A stretch of 64,000 bases of DNA from Candidatus Cloacimonadales bacterium. GTDB lineage: Bacteria; Cloacimonadota; Cloacimonadia; Cloacimonadales; JAFGVF01. The notes beneath the pieces were generated by a model. The model was not told where the DNA came from and made no database searches. It saw only the letters and a list, made by a program, of their open reading frames with translations. A program made the translations under genes and the position numbers. The DNA lies in NCBI GenBank assembly GCA_963667035.1, contig OY762964.1, positions 1,408,001 to 1,472,000 on the forward strand, in the 5' to 3' direction. Shown here in pieces: positions 63,518 through 64,000 of this stretch (its first letter is position 1; the number at the start of each line of letters is the position of its first letter).

Positions 63518-64000
63518 TTATTCGCTATCAAGTTCATCTTTAACTGTTTTAAGTGCTTCATCAACTAAAAGAGCACCTAAGTCACCCTTAGTATGTCTGC
63601 GAACAGAGACAGTTCCGTTTTCCTGTTCCTTACCACCTGCGATAAACATATAAGGAATCTTCTTAATTTCAGCTTCACGAATCTTATAACCGATTCTCTC
63701 ATCACGCATATCAATATCAGCTCTAATTCCTGCTTTAAGCAGTTTTTCCTGAACTTCTTTAGCATAATCAATATACTGGTCAGAGATTGGTAAAACCTGT
63801 ACTTGAACAGGACATAACCAAACAGGGAAGTTTCCTGCATGATACTCAATAAGTGTACCGAAGAATCTTTCGATTGAGCCAAGTAAGGCTCTATGGAGCA
63901 TGAACGGTCTATGCGGTTGATTATCTGCTCCAATGTATTCCATGTTAAAGCGTGTAGAAAGATTGAAGTCGAACTGAATGGTTGTACATTGCCAGGAACG
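63518..64000 (-). CDS. thrS: Threonine-tRNA ligase, C-terminal part (runs off window)
   Basis: [37 protein letters not shown] anticodon domain. Confidence 0.95.
   Translation of the reverse strand, partial: RSWQCTTIQFDFNLSTRFNMEYIGADNQPHRPFMLHRALLGSIERFFGTLIEYHAGNFPVWLCPVQVQVLPISDQYIDYAKEVQEKLLKAGIRADIDMRDERIGYKIREAEIKKIPYMFIAGGKEQENGTVSVRRHTKGDLGALLVDEALKTVKDELDSE

Overview
AT-rich chromosomal window from a diderm anaerobe. Ca. Cloacimonadota is the likely source; this is inferred from the secreted C25/FN3 proteins with C-terminal FlgD-Ig-like tails, tandem ThyX, and LpxH/Lol/MsbA. Most of the window is housekeeping genes: pgk, psuG, rlpA, thyX, deoC, rlmN, ricT, PBP1A, rsmA, rsmD, cysS, secDF, msbA, lpxH, an M3 peptidase, a TamB-like protein, lolCD, hflKC, yjbQ and thrS. 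There are two giant secreted proteins and one intact IS1182 that duplicated a whole terminator (26 bp). The unusual signal is intergenic. (i) At least four arrays repeat a 4-6 nt core at an exact 11-bp pitch, partly as inverted arms, with cores that differ between arrays. (ii) A transposase-less IS200-like mini element and its collapsed copy form direct repeats around the gingipain-like gene. (iii) Degenerate attC-like sites flank a DUF3667 gene. (iv) An unlisted 56-aa Cys-rich ORF carries a clamp-binding-like motif. (v) IS3/REP-like debris and decayed genes are present. I saw no rRNA, tRNA or CRISPR array. All calls are by eye, with no database searches.
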